Source of the DNA: Camelus dromedarius
Lineage: Eukaryota
Length of the DNA stretch: 64,000 bases
Direction: 5' to 3'
NCBI RefSeq assembly: GCF_036321535.1
Contig: NC_087436.1
Coordinates: forward strand, 110,610,001 to 110,674,000
Of this stretch, positions 47,305-60,325 are shown piece by piece; within the stretch, counting starts at the first letter, position 1; each line of letters begins with the position of its first letter. The position numbers and the translations under genes were made by a program. Below the pieces are notes generated by a model. It saw nothing but the letters and a program-made list of their open reading frames with translations, was not told the origin of the DNA and did no database searches.

Positions 47305-49340
47305 GCTTTATTTTAGAATAGCTTTAGATTTTTAAGAAAATTAGTACAGCGTTCCCATATATCTCTATAATGTTTTCACTGTTATTAATATCTTACATTA
47401 CTGTGGTACATTTGTTACAATTAATGAACCAATATTAATGCATTATCACTAACTAAAGTTTATGCCTTTTTTTCAGATTTCCTTAGTTTTTTACTTAATG
47501 TTATTTTTCTATTTCATCCAAGATACATTAAATTTAGAAGTCATGTTTCCTTAAGATCCTCTTGTCTGTGACAATTTCTTAGCCTTTCCTTGCTTTTATA
47601 ACCTTGACAGTTTTGAGGAGTACTGATCAGCTACTTTATAGAATCTCCTTCAACTGGAATTTGTCTGATATTTTTTCATGATTAGAAAGAGATTATATGT
47701 TTTGGGGAATAAGACCACAGAAGTAAAGCGCTGTTTTCATCACATCCAGTATACATTATCAGTATGACTTACTACTTCCTCACCCAGCAGATGTTAAGTT
47801 TGATTACCTGCCTTCGTTAATGTTTGTTAGATTTCTCAAATCAAAATTACTCTTGAAAGGAAGTCACTAAGCACTGCCCCACTTAATAAGTGGAGAGTTA
47901 CGCTCCACATCTATGAGGGTGAAATATCTACATAAATTATCTATTTGGAATTCCTCTGCATAGGAGATCTGTCTCTTCTCCCTCATTTATTTATTTATTC
48001 AATCATTTATTTATACTGGTATGGACTCATGGCTATTTATTTTACACCTGTATTGTAAACCGATTATTTTTATTCCTTGCTGCTCTAACCGTTTTCAGCT
48101 TTGGGCACTGGGAACTCTTTCATTTGGTTCTTGATCCCTCTGACATACTCCAATGACTGTGGGATTTTTATCTTGAGCACAATCTAACTTTCTGGCACTG
48201 ATGCTCCAAGTTCATCTTGTGTATATCCTGCCTCAGAACTAGAATTAGCCACTTCATTAATGAGTTCTAGCTCCTTTTGTTGAAGAATGGTATTAGAAAC
48301 AAAAATCTGGGAGCTAGGGGCGCTCACTGTTCCTGGGATATTGTTGCCACTAGACTCTTTCAGGGCACAAAGCAAAGAAATACATGTGTGTAATAACTAG
48401 TACATATACAATAGCTATAAGTATTTCTATATGTAGCCATCTGTATCAATATGGAGCTAAACATGAGTTTACACTAGTGTTCCAACTCTAATCCATTACC
48501 ACGTATATCATTCTAGCCTCCTACTCATGCTTATATGTGAACACTCATTGCAACAGTGAAAATCCTGGCCACCACCATCCACCATTTACTTCATTGCTTT
48601 ACTCCAAATATAAATGTACAGCTGTACCAGAATTGTTCACCTGTATCCCTGTCATAAACTATTTTATCAACTAGAATATGATGTACATGTGCAACTTCTT
48701 TTTCCTTTCATCTTATGGACTGGACTCAATTCTAAAGTTACTTAGGTCAGTGCCTTTCCTCCTTACCCCTTCAGTAGGTTGTTTTACAATTTGAAATACA
48801 CTTAGACTATTTTCTGTTTTGCCACATTCTGCATTTTATCATGGGATCTCCAAGTCTCCTAAACGATTTTTAAATGTGCATACATTCAGGTTCACTAATG
48901 TGCAGTTCAGGTCTGTGGGTTTTGACAAATGCATAGTGTCATGTATCTACTATAGAATCATACATAATAGTTTCACCACCTTAAAAAATACCCTGGGCTT
49001 CACCCATTCAACCCTCCATCCTCTTCTCAAACTCTTAGCAATCACTGATCTTTGTACCATCTTTATAGTTTTGCCCTTTCCAGATTATCATATAACTAAA
49101 ATCACTCATCATATAGGTTTTTCAGACTGGTTTCTTTCACTTAGCAATATGTTATTAAGATTCGTTCATATCTTATTGTTGCTTGCTCACTCATTTCTTA
49201 ACATGGAATACTCGTCTTTTTATGAATCTATCACAATCTTTTCATCTGTTTACCTATGAAGGACATCTTCATTGTTTCCAGTTTCTGATTATTTTGAATA
49301 AAGCAGCTGTAAACACTCACATGCAGGTTTCTGTGGCTTT
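47305..49340 (-). mobile_element. Long L1MC3/L1MD-type 3'UTR plus ORF2 end
   Basis: tggtacatttgttacaattaatgaacc...accttgacagttttgaggagtactg...ggaagtcactaag...gaatggtattagaaacaaaaatctggg...gggttttgacaaatgcatagtgtc. Confidence 0.85.
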
Positions 49341-49564
49341 TATAAATGGTATTATTCTACATTTCTAGTTGTTTATTAATGAATCCAATTGATTTTTATT
49401 GCTAAGTTTAGATTCAGCATGTTTTGTATCATTGTCTTGGTATTAGCACTTTGATAATTTTATGTAAATTTATCTCTTTAAAATAAAAACTCTATCTCTT
49501 TTTTTCTAATCTTTATACTTCATGTGTCTTTTTCTTGTGTCACTGCTTTAGTTAAGACCAGCAG

Positions 49565-49740
49565 TAGGTTAACCAACTGTCCTGTTTGCCTGTCTGAGAA
49601 GGTTTCTAGGACACAGAACTTCACTTTTGATACTTTGACTATCCAGCCAAACCAAGTTTTCCTAGGACTGAAGAGTTTCCCAGGACGCAGTGCTTAATCT
49701 AGGCAAGTCCTGGGCAAGCCAGGATGACCTGATTGCCTGC
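49565..49740. mobile_element. MER94-like hAT-Blackjack MITE with internal duplication
   Basis: taggttaaccaactgtcctgtttgcc...aggtttctaggaca, repeated as ggactgaagagtttcccaggacgc...gtcctgggcaagccaggatga. Confidence 0.65.
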
Positions 49741-50419
49741 CTGTAGGAACTGGTTAAATGATAGCAAGAAGAATGGGAATCACTGTCTTCTTGTTCCCTA
49801 CATTAAAGGTTAATGTAGCTAACGATTTCCATTAAATAGGAAATCCTATTCCCTATAGGGTCCTTTTAAAAGTCTTTTTTAAGTTAAGGAAGTTAATTTC
49901 TATTGCTTATTTTGTAAAAATTTTAAGCATGAATAATTGTTGACATTTATCCAGTTCTTTGTCCACACCTGTCAAGATAATAGATTTTGTTCTGAGTTGA
50001 ATCATCCTGGCATTTTGGGGACAGATACTATCACATTATAATACAATTATTATGCCTTGCTGTGCTCAGCTAATATTTTCTTCTGGATATTTACATGTCT
50101 GCTCGTTAATAGAACTGGCCTATAAACTTAATAGTTTATTAAGCTTATTAACTTAAAGCTGCTCAAACTTTCTTTTTAATTATTTTTTCTGTAATAATAT
50201 GTATAAGAAATAAATTATCTTGTCTTTGACAGATTGAATTTATATGCAAAACTACTGAGATTAGGGGATAAGGGAAAATTTGAAAATCTATTTCAATTAC
50301 TTTAGTGGTTATTAATCTATTCTAGTTTTCCTTTATTTTTGCCTTTTTTGACACTTGAGGGAAAACTTATCTCTTACTGTTACTTATTTTAAAATTTATT
50401 CAAGTATTATTTGCAAAAT

Positions 50420-50836
50420 CTTATTTTATTATTCAGCTTTACTGAAGTATTGTTGACATATAACATTGTGTATAAGTTTAAGGTATACAATGTGTTGATT
50501 TAATACAATTTCATGTTGCTATATAATCACCACTGTAGTTTTAGCTAATACCTCCATCACATCATTTTCTTTTCTTCAGTGAGAATATTTAAGATCTGCT
50601 CACTTAGCAACTTTTAAATGTATAATACACTATTGCTAATTATAATCACAGTGCTGTGCATTAAGTCCTCAGAACTTCTTCAAGCTGGAAGTTTATAGTC
50701 TTTGACATACATCTCCCCAGTTCCCCAACCCCTCAGCCCCTGGTAAACACCATGCTACTCCCATTCTACTCTCTGTTTCTACAAGTGTGGCATTTTTAGA
50801 TTCCACATATAAGTGACATCATAAAGTATTTGTCTT
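50420..50836 (-). mobile_element. L1MA-type 3'UTR
   Basis: tataagtttaaggtatacaatgtg...taagatctgctcacttagcaac...tttagattccacatataagtga. Confidence 0.85.
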
Positions 50837-52984
50837 AAATATGTACTATATGTATATTTATCTTCAACTTGTCCGTCTGCATTTTGTTTATTTAAATAGC
50901 CTATCTTTTTTTTCATATAGGTCCTGCCATTTTATCTGTTTTATCTGTCTTCTGAAAGAACAAGTTTCAGGAGTTGTGAACTCTCTCTCATTTTTTAATG
51001 TAGCAATATTTTATTCAATTCTACCTTTGCCTTTATGATTTTTTTTTCTTGTTTCTTAGGGTTTACTCTGTTGCTCTTTACCTCACTTCTTAATTTGAAT
51101 GCCAAGCTAATTTATTTCAATAGTTCTTTTTCTTCTCTGATAACTGTTTCAAAGTTATTAATTTCCTTCTAATCTGAATCCCACAGGTGTTAACAAGTGC
51201 TTTCATTGCCATTTAGCCTAAATATTTTATAGCTTCCCTTGCTGTATTCTCCTTTTCATTTAATAGTATGAACATTATGTTTACTATGCTGTCTAAACTT
51301 TAGGCTTTGTTGTTGATTCCTAATTTTCTTAAATTATAACTATATTTCATGTCCTGAATGACACTGAATTTTTGGAATTTATTGAGGCTCTCTTGTTTAG
51401 TGAACTTTATGAGACCTTGATATATCTGATAACTTTAAATAACAGGTTCAATAGATAATCGTTCAAAGTTATTTTCCATCAACAATGTGAAGATATTTTA
51501 TTACTGTCTTCTTGTATCCAGTGTTACTGTTGAAAAGACTGATGTCACCACTTGCTTTGTCTGAAGTTACTGTTGTCTGTTTTGTCCTCAAATGTCACTA
51601 TAGTGGATCTAAGTATAGATTTTTCTTATCAATTCTATCAGCACCTAAGGGTTTATATCTGTCCAATTCTGGTAAGTTATTGTTCATTATTTCTTCTTTC
51701 ACTTGCCATTTATTCTTTGCACTTATTCTGAAAGTCCCTTTAGTTAGCCATTGATATTTCTACTTCTATCCTTTCCCTTAATCTCACTTTCACTCTTTAT
51801 GATTTATCATTTCCTGATGTCTTCCAGGAGAGTTTTTCACTTTGATCATATAGTTCATTAGTTTGTTCTTCGGCTATCCTAAGTTTATTATTCAACGCAT
51901 CCATGCAGTAATTTAGTTTAAAGATAGCATTTTTCAATTCTAACTCCATGAGTTATTTCTTCATAACTATCTGATCTACTTCATATTTCCCATATTCTCC
52001 TTTATCTCAATGAAAACAAAGACTATGTTTAGTTTAAATCTTTGTTGTATGTGTTCCACTGATTCTACATCCTCTTTCATGCATGTTCTATTTGTGCCTT
52101 TCCTTCCTAGGGCTTGTTCTCCTTATATGTCTCATGATTCTCCATGATACGTTTTTGTTTCTTATTCTCCAAGACTGAGATATGCATGGGCTTGTAGCAT
52201 CTCCCTGGGAGTGAAGGTGACATTCTGGATGCTAGACTGTTAAACACGGGGTAGGGACCTCTTTAGCAGGTTAATTATCTAATAATTTCCCAACTACCGT
52301 TTTTTGCACATATGATAAAGGCTTGCATCTATTTCCAAGAGCTTGGAAATAGTTTAGAAGGACCATAAGATATTATTATAGCTTATTTTTGGCTGAACAG
52401 ATCTGCAAAATAAATGAAAACTGTAAGAGCCTACCTAAAGAATCTTAGGAAATGAAATGAACTCTTTTTCTTTTTATCACTTTCTTTGTTATCTTCGGCT
52501 TTAACATTGGCACCAAATAAATGCATCCTATGAATGCTAGCACTGGAATATGGCATAGATGATTAATTCTGAATGACAATAAAAATGTCTTGCATATGAA
52601 ATTTATATATCTTCCTAAACATTTCCCAGAGCCATTCCTAATTTTAAGAAGGAAACAGAGAAACACTTTTCCCTAATCAATCATAGGAGAGATTCTAAAG
52701 TATGGTCCAACAGGTGGGAAAAAAAAAAAAAACCCTATTAGCTGAAACAGAAAGTATAGACTATGATAATCTATAAAAATTGGTTACCTGCCATGATACC
52801 GCTTTCTCTGAAAGAGGAAATGGAAGGATAGTTATGCAATTATGACTATTAGACATCTGACTAGGGCAACTATAGCACTCAATTTCCTGCCAGTAAAGCA
52901 ACAGTAATATTTGATCGACATATGCCCTCATACTAACAGTAAAATTGCCACTTTAAAAGGGACTAAATTTCATGGGGCATTCAC

Positions 52985-53220
52985 AGCTTAATGGTTAAGG
53001 GCAGAGGCATTCTTGTTAGTGAGCAGAAGTTTCAGTCCTGACACTTCACCGCTATATGGCCTTGGACAACTGACTTCACCCTCCTTGTTTTACTTCCTTG
53101 TCTGTAAAACAGAACTGACAACAGCACATACCCCTGTAGGGATATTATGGGAATTCAAGCAGAGTGCATGCAAAATACATGGTGCATGGTACCATCCCCA
53201 AAACATTACTGATTATTATC
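52985..53220 (+). mobile_element. MIR SINE
   Basis: aatggttaagggcagagg...ggccttggacaac...ttccttgtctgtaaaac. Confidence 0.75.
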
Positions 53221-53894
53221 TTGAGTGAACATGAATGTCAAGCAGGATATATAGGCTTTTTAAATATAGTGGGTCTTGGCCAAAGATAACTAGGGTTCAA
53301 GCAGCTCAAAGAAACATTTCTTTCCTCTAGGCAACTGAGTAAGCATTTAACTCAGTCAATAGATAGAATGCAATTTGCAATTCAAAGTCAGTTTAGAGCT
53401 CTGGAAAGGGAAGTGATGTGGTCAAAGTGAACATGCAAATAGGCATGAAATAGTTCAAAAAGCAAAATCTCAACCACCATGAACTTGGAAAAACAGTTGA
53501 CAGCATGAACCAGGAAGCACCACTGGAATGTTTATTTTTTAATATGATCTGAGACAGCACTTAACCTAGAATTTATTTTTGCACCCTCAAAACCATGACA
53601 CTACAGAGAGAAGAAAGACAGTCCAGAGTTTTTCAAATGGGATGTAATTCCTGATATAATCAGTGGCCAGTTCAATGAACGCTTATGTCAAGTACAATGA
53701 TAACAATCCAGAATAACAACCAAAGGAAGCCAAAACTAAAGACTAAGACCAAAGCAGAAATTCACTCCACCAATTCCTGGCTAAGAGTTTCATCCATATT
53801 TTAAATTAAGGATTGGTTTATGAAATTAGTAATTGTAATAATTAAATGAGAAAGAGGTGAGAAATGAATGTGAGCCAGTTGTGTATGTGTGTGA

Positions 53895-54500
53895 AGGGAG
53901 ACAGGAAGAATACTAGGCCCCCAAGATGTCTGCATCCTAATCCTCAAATTTGTGAATATGTTATGCTATATGGAAAATTGTGTTACATAATTTTATCTGT
54001 TCAGTTGCAGATGGAAATTAATGTTGCTAATCAGCTGACCACTAAAGAGGCAAGGTTTTCCTGGATTATTTGGGTAGGTGCTACCTAATAATACAAGTCC
54101 TTAAGAATGGATAATCTTCCACACTGAGTTAGAGAGATGTGATTTGAGAAAGACTCAATCTACTGTTGCTGTCCTTGAAGAGGGAGTTAAGGGGCCACAT
54201 GCCAAGGAATGTGGTGGTCTCTAAACTTGGAACCACCTCACCTAACAGCCAGCAAGAAAATAGGATCTCAGTTGCACCACTGCAAGGAATGGGGCTGTGC
54301 CCACAACCTGAATGAGTAAAGAAACAGGCTGTCCCCTAGAGCCTCCAGAAAGAAATGCAGTCCACCCAGCATCTTGATTGTAGCCAGGTGAGACCAGTGA
54401 TGGAATTTTGATCAACAAAACTTTAAGATAATAAATTAGTGTCATTTTAAGCCACTAAGTTGTATGGTAAGTTCTTATGGCAGCAATAGAAAACCAACAC
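53895..54500 (+). mobile_element. MLT1D/E-like MaLR solo LTR
   Basis: ggcccccaagatgtc...gttgctaatcagctgacc...gccaaggaatgtggtggtctcta...ccctagagcctccagaaag...ttttaagccactaag...gcagcaatagaaaac. Confidence 0.85.
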
Positions 54501-54929
54501 TAGAGAGAGACAGAGATTTTAAAAAGGCAACTGCCAAAATAGAGAAACTCTCAAATTTTATTATAAAAAGCTAATCGGTAAAAATGACACAGAGCCCTGT
54601 GCCAGGGTCCTAGCAAAAATCCCAGAACACATGCACAAGTTCCTGTTCTCAAAGGCAGGCATTCCCCTTCATGAATATTATCAGGTAGTTTTTCATGTAG
54701 GGAAGGAGTTAGGTATAAACATATGTGTTAGGATGTAGAGGGTGCCATAGACACAGCAATAGAACTGAGGAAGAGGGGCACGGTGGACGGGAGTGGGCTG
54801 CCTGGCATGTAAACCTACGCACCACTCACTGCACAGCCTTTTCTTTGGCCCAAGTCAAGCCAGACATGAAACATTTGAGTTTCTACATGTCCTAGACATC
54901 TACTGAACAGTTTCCACTTAATCTGCATT

Positions 54930-55495
54930 CAGATGCCATGAATTTTATTCAGATACCACCTATTTTTATTCCACCATGTGGTGCAACAGGGAATTGTCCC
55001 CAGACCAGAGAGATCCAGGCTGGGCCTGAATTAGCTACATTCCAATAACCTATTCCAACTCCTCAGCCAAAGTTATTCTTCCATGGATGGGCAAGAAATT
55101 CAGGCCTGAGCTAATCAATAGATTGCATTTGCCTGACAATAGAGTTAGCCCAGGTAATGTGACCCACACTGATTCAATCAGAATGCCCCAAGTTTGTTCT
55201 GGGATACAGACTTCTCTTCCTACGCTTGTGGTATTGGGCACAGTCTCGAACAACCAGGAGCCCTTGCATCTATTATGAATGGAGCCTATGAGGACAAACC
55301 ACACAAGCCGAAACTCAGATCCTAGGAACTTGCCAAAAGGCAGAGCTGGAGGCCTAGTGAAACATGAGAACCATAAATGGTGCCTGCAGTCAGTCCTACC
55401 TCTGTGCTGTTCAATTACATGAGCCAGTAAATTTCCCTTTATTTAAGCCATTTAGGCCAAATGTTCTCTCATTTACAAATGAAATACTGCTAACA
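54930..55495 (+). mobile_element. Old MaLR LTR (MLT1K/L-like)
   Basis: atgtgacccacactgattcaatcagaa...ttcaattacatgagccagtaaatttccctttatttaagcca. Confidence 0.6.
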
Positions 55496-56494
55496 GGTAG
55501 ACTGCTCTGCTCTAGTGCACCCAAAAGGCCACGCTTCCTGGACAGATGACAGAGGATCTAACGATCATCCGTGGAGGAGAAACCAGCGTTAGAAGGGGAC
55601 CACACAGCTGGTGAAAGGGTAGCCACTTAGGATTAAATAAATATTAACGTGTTTATTTCGCACACATTTCCACATTGTCAATATAATTTTTATCAAAATA
55701 TGTATAGCCCAATCTATAGTATCACCAGTCATTTTGAACTAGAACGGTTTATTATTTTGTAAAATCTTGAGTTTAAAAATCCCCGTTTTTCTACTAATCC
55801 ACCAGAACTGAGTAGATTCCACTGTCGCTGGCAGCAGAGGATGTGGTGGTCAGAGAGGACGGGCCCGGGAAGCAGCCCTCTGTCCGTCCCACCTCTGCTC
55901 TGCAGCACGCAGAGGGGCTGAGCCAGCCCCGGGAAGACACAGTGCTCAGAGAAGTGCTGCTCAGCTGCACGGTCAGTCCTGGGCACCAGAACTGTGGATG
56001 CTAAAATCAGGGAAGGGCCACTCAGTTCAGGTTTAAAGCAAAGGCACTTCTCTCTCAGGAGTAGGATTCTAGAATCAATTTGAAAGGTGAAAACTGCATG
56101 TACTAAAAATTATGCTTGATAAATCTCTTAAATTGCCCATAAAGCACAGTTTACATTGCTTTGTGTATTTAACTCAACAAAGTAACATGTGTATGTGAAT
56201 GTCTAATGTATTTAATAATGCATGTAGTGTATATGAGGAATATACATACAAATTATCATTCTACAGGATTTCTTTATTTTACCAAACACAACTGAATTAG
56301 AGTAAGCTCAATGCAGCCCCACCATATATATATGAATTATATACATTCATTCACCTAGGATATGTAGCAATTAAGATGGCTAAGTGGTAAGCTTAATATA
56401 AAAATTCTGACATATTAATATTATAACATAAATTAGTGTATAAATATACATACAGATGTGGATATAGTAATTCTTGTCTTCTGCCCTTCTTTTA

Positions 56495-57268
56495 TAACCT
56501 ACATATGAAGTGTCAGCAAATTCTTTCAGTTTCACCTTCTGACAAATCCATTTTCATGCCTCCACAGCTGGTTCAAACCACACCATCATCTCTCACCTGA
56601 ATCATCGCAGTATTCTATTTAGTGGTTCCCCTGTTTCACTCTCAATGCCCTCAGTCATTCTCAACACAGCTGCCAGGGTGACCCCGTTAAAATTTAGATC
56701 AGATCAAGTCCCTCTTCTGTCTAAAATGTTCCAATTGCTCCCATCCCAGAGAAAACAACAAATTTCTTACAAAGATGTACAGAACCCTGCTTGATTCAGT
56801 CTCCCTTTTCCTCTCTCACTCTGTCACCTGTGGGGCTCCCTGGCTCACTCAGCTGCAGCCACTCCAAGCTCTTTGCTGTGCCTCAAACCCACCGGACACG
56901 TCTTCAATACCCTGGCCTGCACTTCCTCTTCTCCCTGCTCAGGACGCTCACCTCTCAAATGCTCTCACGGCTTATTTCCTTATTTATTCAGGTCTTTACT
57001 CACATATGACCTTCTTAGATCCCTTCCCTGCCCACACACTTGAAAATATCAACCTACCCCCTTTCCTTAGCAGGTACCAACTACCAAACGCAACGCAAAT
57101 ATTTACTAATTCATCTGGTTTATCGTCTCTCTGCTTCTCTAACATATATGGTTCATGAGGACATGAATTATTTTAAATCTTTTTGTTTGCTGTAATATGC
57201 CCAGCACCTAAATAAGGCCCCAGTTACAGTCAATGATCATCAGGTATTTGTTGAATGAATGAATAAAG
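56495..57268 (+). mobile_element. L2a 3' region including tail
   Basis: caccatcatctctcacctg...ttctcaacacagctgccagggtga...ttattcaggtctttactcacatatgacc...tatttgttgaatgaatgaat. Confidence 0.85.
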
Positions 57269-57299
57269 ACATGCAGATCCTTTGTGGATTCCATTAACT

Positions 57300-58690
57300 T
57301 AAGTCTATGTAAAGATGAAAGAGGGCTCATTGGTAATGATCAGTCCTATGCTGTATGTTGTTACCAGACAGTTTGTTGAGTGAAATTACCTAAGTTATAT
57401 AGTTTATTGAATGAAATTATACAAATGTGAAGAGTATACAGGAATTCTTAAGCTTATCTCTAGTTACTCATAACCAGCAATAAACCTCAACCAATTTGGC
57501 TGCAGTGGACAGATCCTAGGACAGAGCCTATGTTCCTGCCCCCTGGAAATCACATCCCTTCTCCTCGAGCATGGGTGGGACCTGCGACTTCCCTCCAAAC
57601 AAAGGACCATGTCAAAGGTGATGAGATGTCACTTCCTTGATTAGGTTACATTATAAGGCAAAGGTGAAAGGATTTGCAGAGGCAATTAAAGTCCTATAAA
57701 AGTTATTTTTGAGTTAATCAAAAAGGGGTCATCTGAGTGGCTCTGACTTAATCAGGTGAGACTCCTTACAAGAGAGACTGGGCCCTTCCTCAGGTAAGAG
57801 AGTCTTCTCATTGGCTTGAGGAAGTGAGCAGCCATGCTGAGGAAGTCCGCCTGGCTAGGACCCAAGGGCAGCCTCCATCCTACATACAGCAGAAAATGGG
57901 GTTTTAGTCATAAGCCACAAAGAAGTAAATTCAGCCAACAACATAAATGAGATGAGAAGCAGATTCTCCCCCCGACAAGCCTCCACGTGAGAACAGAGCC
58001 AGACTGATACCCTGATTGGAGCCTTGTGAGACTGAGCAAGAGACCCAGCTAAGCTGTGCCCAGACTCTTGACCCCGTGGAAAGTTCAAGATAATAAATGT
58101 GTGTAGTAATTTCTTCCACAGCAATAGAAAACTAATATAGGGGCTAAGGAAATCATTCTGGTCCAGGATTGATCTTATTATCCACGCTGTCATTTGCCAG
58201 GATGCCCACACTCCGCTTTAGTTATTACTGATTGCAGGAAGTCCATGATTTTGATTATGTGCTTGTTCAAAGTAGTCTTTGTCTTCAGTAAACTATTTCT
58301 GTGGAAGAATTTGCCATCTTCCAGTAAGTACTACTTACGGCTGATTACTTGCTTTACTTGCTAACGAAAATGGCTTTTGGATCCAGTACTCTACCTCATT
58401 AATCTTGCCCAGCTACACTGTTTCAATCTTTTTTCCTTCTGGCATATTCAGTATTAGTATACCTGCTATGGTTGGAAGAAGGATGTTTAATCTTCCTTGC
58501 CAAGTAAAGTTACCTCCTGTTAGGGGTCCAAGCTGAGAATAAATCCACTTTGCACAGAATCCTGATCACTGCGATGCTTCCCCTAAGAACTTGTCACTCT
58601 TCCTCCTGGTGCTGAAACAGCTAAGGGGCATCGCCATTTAAGAAGTGTTTCTCAGTATAATTCCAGTCTTATCTAAACAAGCCCCACTTT
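57300..58690 (-). mobile_element. Probable ancient RTE-clade (L4-like) LINE endonuclease relic, split by the MLT1E LTR
   Basis: Manual reverse translation gives APE-endonuclease-like motifs in the expected order: TGIILR (~58651-58667), SD(R)IL with a frameshift (~58555-58570), LGKIN for LGDFN (~58398-58412), TDH (~57336-57344). Confidence 0.45.
57501..58139 (+). mobile_element. MLT1E-like MaLR solo LTR
   Basis: tgattaggttacattataaggcaaaggtgaaaggatttgcaga...tttgagttaatcaaaa...gacccagctaagctgtgcccagactc...cagcaatagaaaactaata. Confidence 0.85.
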
Positions 58691-59811
58691 CTCCTCATCT
58701 CTTTTTTTTCTCCCTATCCCGCAGTGTGCCCTGAAGACTTCTTGAAGGCACAGAGAGGAATAAAAGAAGAAAAAAGGGGAATGAGAGGAAAGGAAGGAGG
58801 GAAGTTGAATACAGCTCCTGCTTCATCATCCACTGTGCTTAATATTTTCATATAAATAATTCCATCTAATCTTTGTTAAATGGGCACAGTTTCCTCCTTT
58901 CACAGAATAAAAAGAAACAGGCTGGGAGAGGTTGAATGAATTATTCAGAGTCATAATGAAATTAATGGTTCCATAGATGTTTCTACAAGTTTTATTTAAA
59001 AGTAAGCTTTGTTTTGAATTGTTTTCATTGCATTTGTTGATCTGTTGTTGGCTTCAGTTTATTTTAGGCAATTATATGTGATGAGGTTATGCACGTTTCA
59101 AAAATCCTTATTAAATTCCAAGAAGAAAATGTGTTAAAATTACAAAAAAAAAATTGATATACATAATTAGCTAATTTCTAAGGGAAAAAAGTATTCACTG
59201 TACTGCAACATAATGAATGTCCCATCTGTAAGAACTTACTTTTAACCAATGTTAACTGCATAATGCTTGTAATATTTTCTTCCTATCTCTAGGTTAAAAG
59301 TCATCACCAGAGTACCAGAAACTTCTGTTTTGCACATATTATCAGATGTTTACTACATAGTGCAAGATGTTTCAAGTTGTCTCTTGTAGCTAAAGCTAAA
59401 ACCTAGAAACCAAGACAACAAAGCAAAAAATAAAAGATGTCATGTTGCCATTAGAAGTTTGTTCTTGTAAGGCATCTGTAAGAATAGACTGCTGATAATT
59501 TCTCAATGTTTTATTTCCAGTGAAGCATCAAATAAAAAGGAAATCCACTGTAACTTAGGGGAATGAAGACGCTTTCAGTGGAAAATCTGGCTTTTCACTT
59601 GGACTTGAATTGATAATCCAGTAACTGCCAAGAGGTTCAATGAGTTAAGGAAAATTATTTCGATCAAGAAAGTAGCCTAGACTTACCTTCTTCCTAAGTA
59701 ACCTAGAAGGAGGAAGAGGCAAGGGTAGAAGAGCACTGGTTCCTGGTTTCAAGGGAATTTTCTGGCATCCACAGCCAGAAAAATCCTGCACCCCAACTAC
59801 TGAGAGGATAT

Positions 59812-60325
59812 GTGCTGTAGCAGCAAAGTACTCAAGCTCTGGACCCAAGTCTGCCTGAATCCCAGCACAGCTTCTGCCCTTCCTTGTTACTAAACTCCTC
59901 CTAGTTATTTCTCTCTTGCTTCCAGTTTCCTTATCTGTACAGTGGGAGTAACAGTAGCGCCTACTCATAGTTTGGTTTTGCGCATTAAAAAGACAATGCA
60001 TGTAGTTAATTTAGAACAGTGCCAGGCACTTAGTAAGCTCAAGAAATGGTAGTTGTTGGTTGGTGCTACTATTAATTAGCAAAACAAATCATCATAGCAA
60101 AGCAGTGACACGTCTGGGACCTAGACTCAGACAACCTGGGTTCCAACGCTGGTTCCACCACTTACTAGGTGTATAATCTTGGGAAATGTGTAATCTTAAA
60201 CTCTCCATGCCTCAGTTTCCTTGTCTTTAAGGTGAGAAAAATACTGATAGCATTTCATAGGGTATTTATGAGTATTGAGTAAGTTAATATTTGTAAAGTG
60301 CTTAAAACAGTGCCTGGAATATTAG
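59812..60325 (+). mobile_element. Two tandem near-full-length MIR SINEs (~59812-60065 and ~60095-60325)
   Basis: cagtttccttatctgta...tagaacagtgccaggcacttagtaagctcaa; acctgggttcc...ccacttactag...tgcctcagtttcc...gtaaagtgcttaaaacagtgcctgg. Confidence 0.85.

Larger units (their letters stand above)
49341..52150 (-). mobile_element. Ancient L1 (L1ME-like) ORF2/ORF1 remnant, interrupted by later insertions
   Basis: Degenerate reverse L1 ORF2 (aagttaaggaagttaatttctattg, ttgaatcatcctggcattttggggac, tttttggaatttattgagg). Confidence 0.55.

Noticed and set aside
48819..49259. Longest ORF in the window (146 aa)
   Set aside because: Lies antisense within an old L1 3'UTR, with no recognisable domain.
58596..58616. 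REST/NRSE-like half-site GGTGCTGAA
   Set aside because: The other half-site and the spacing do not match the consensus.
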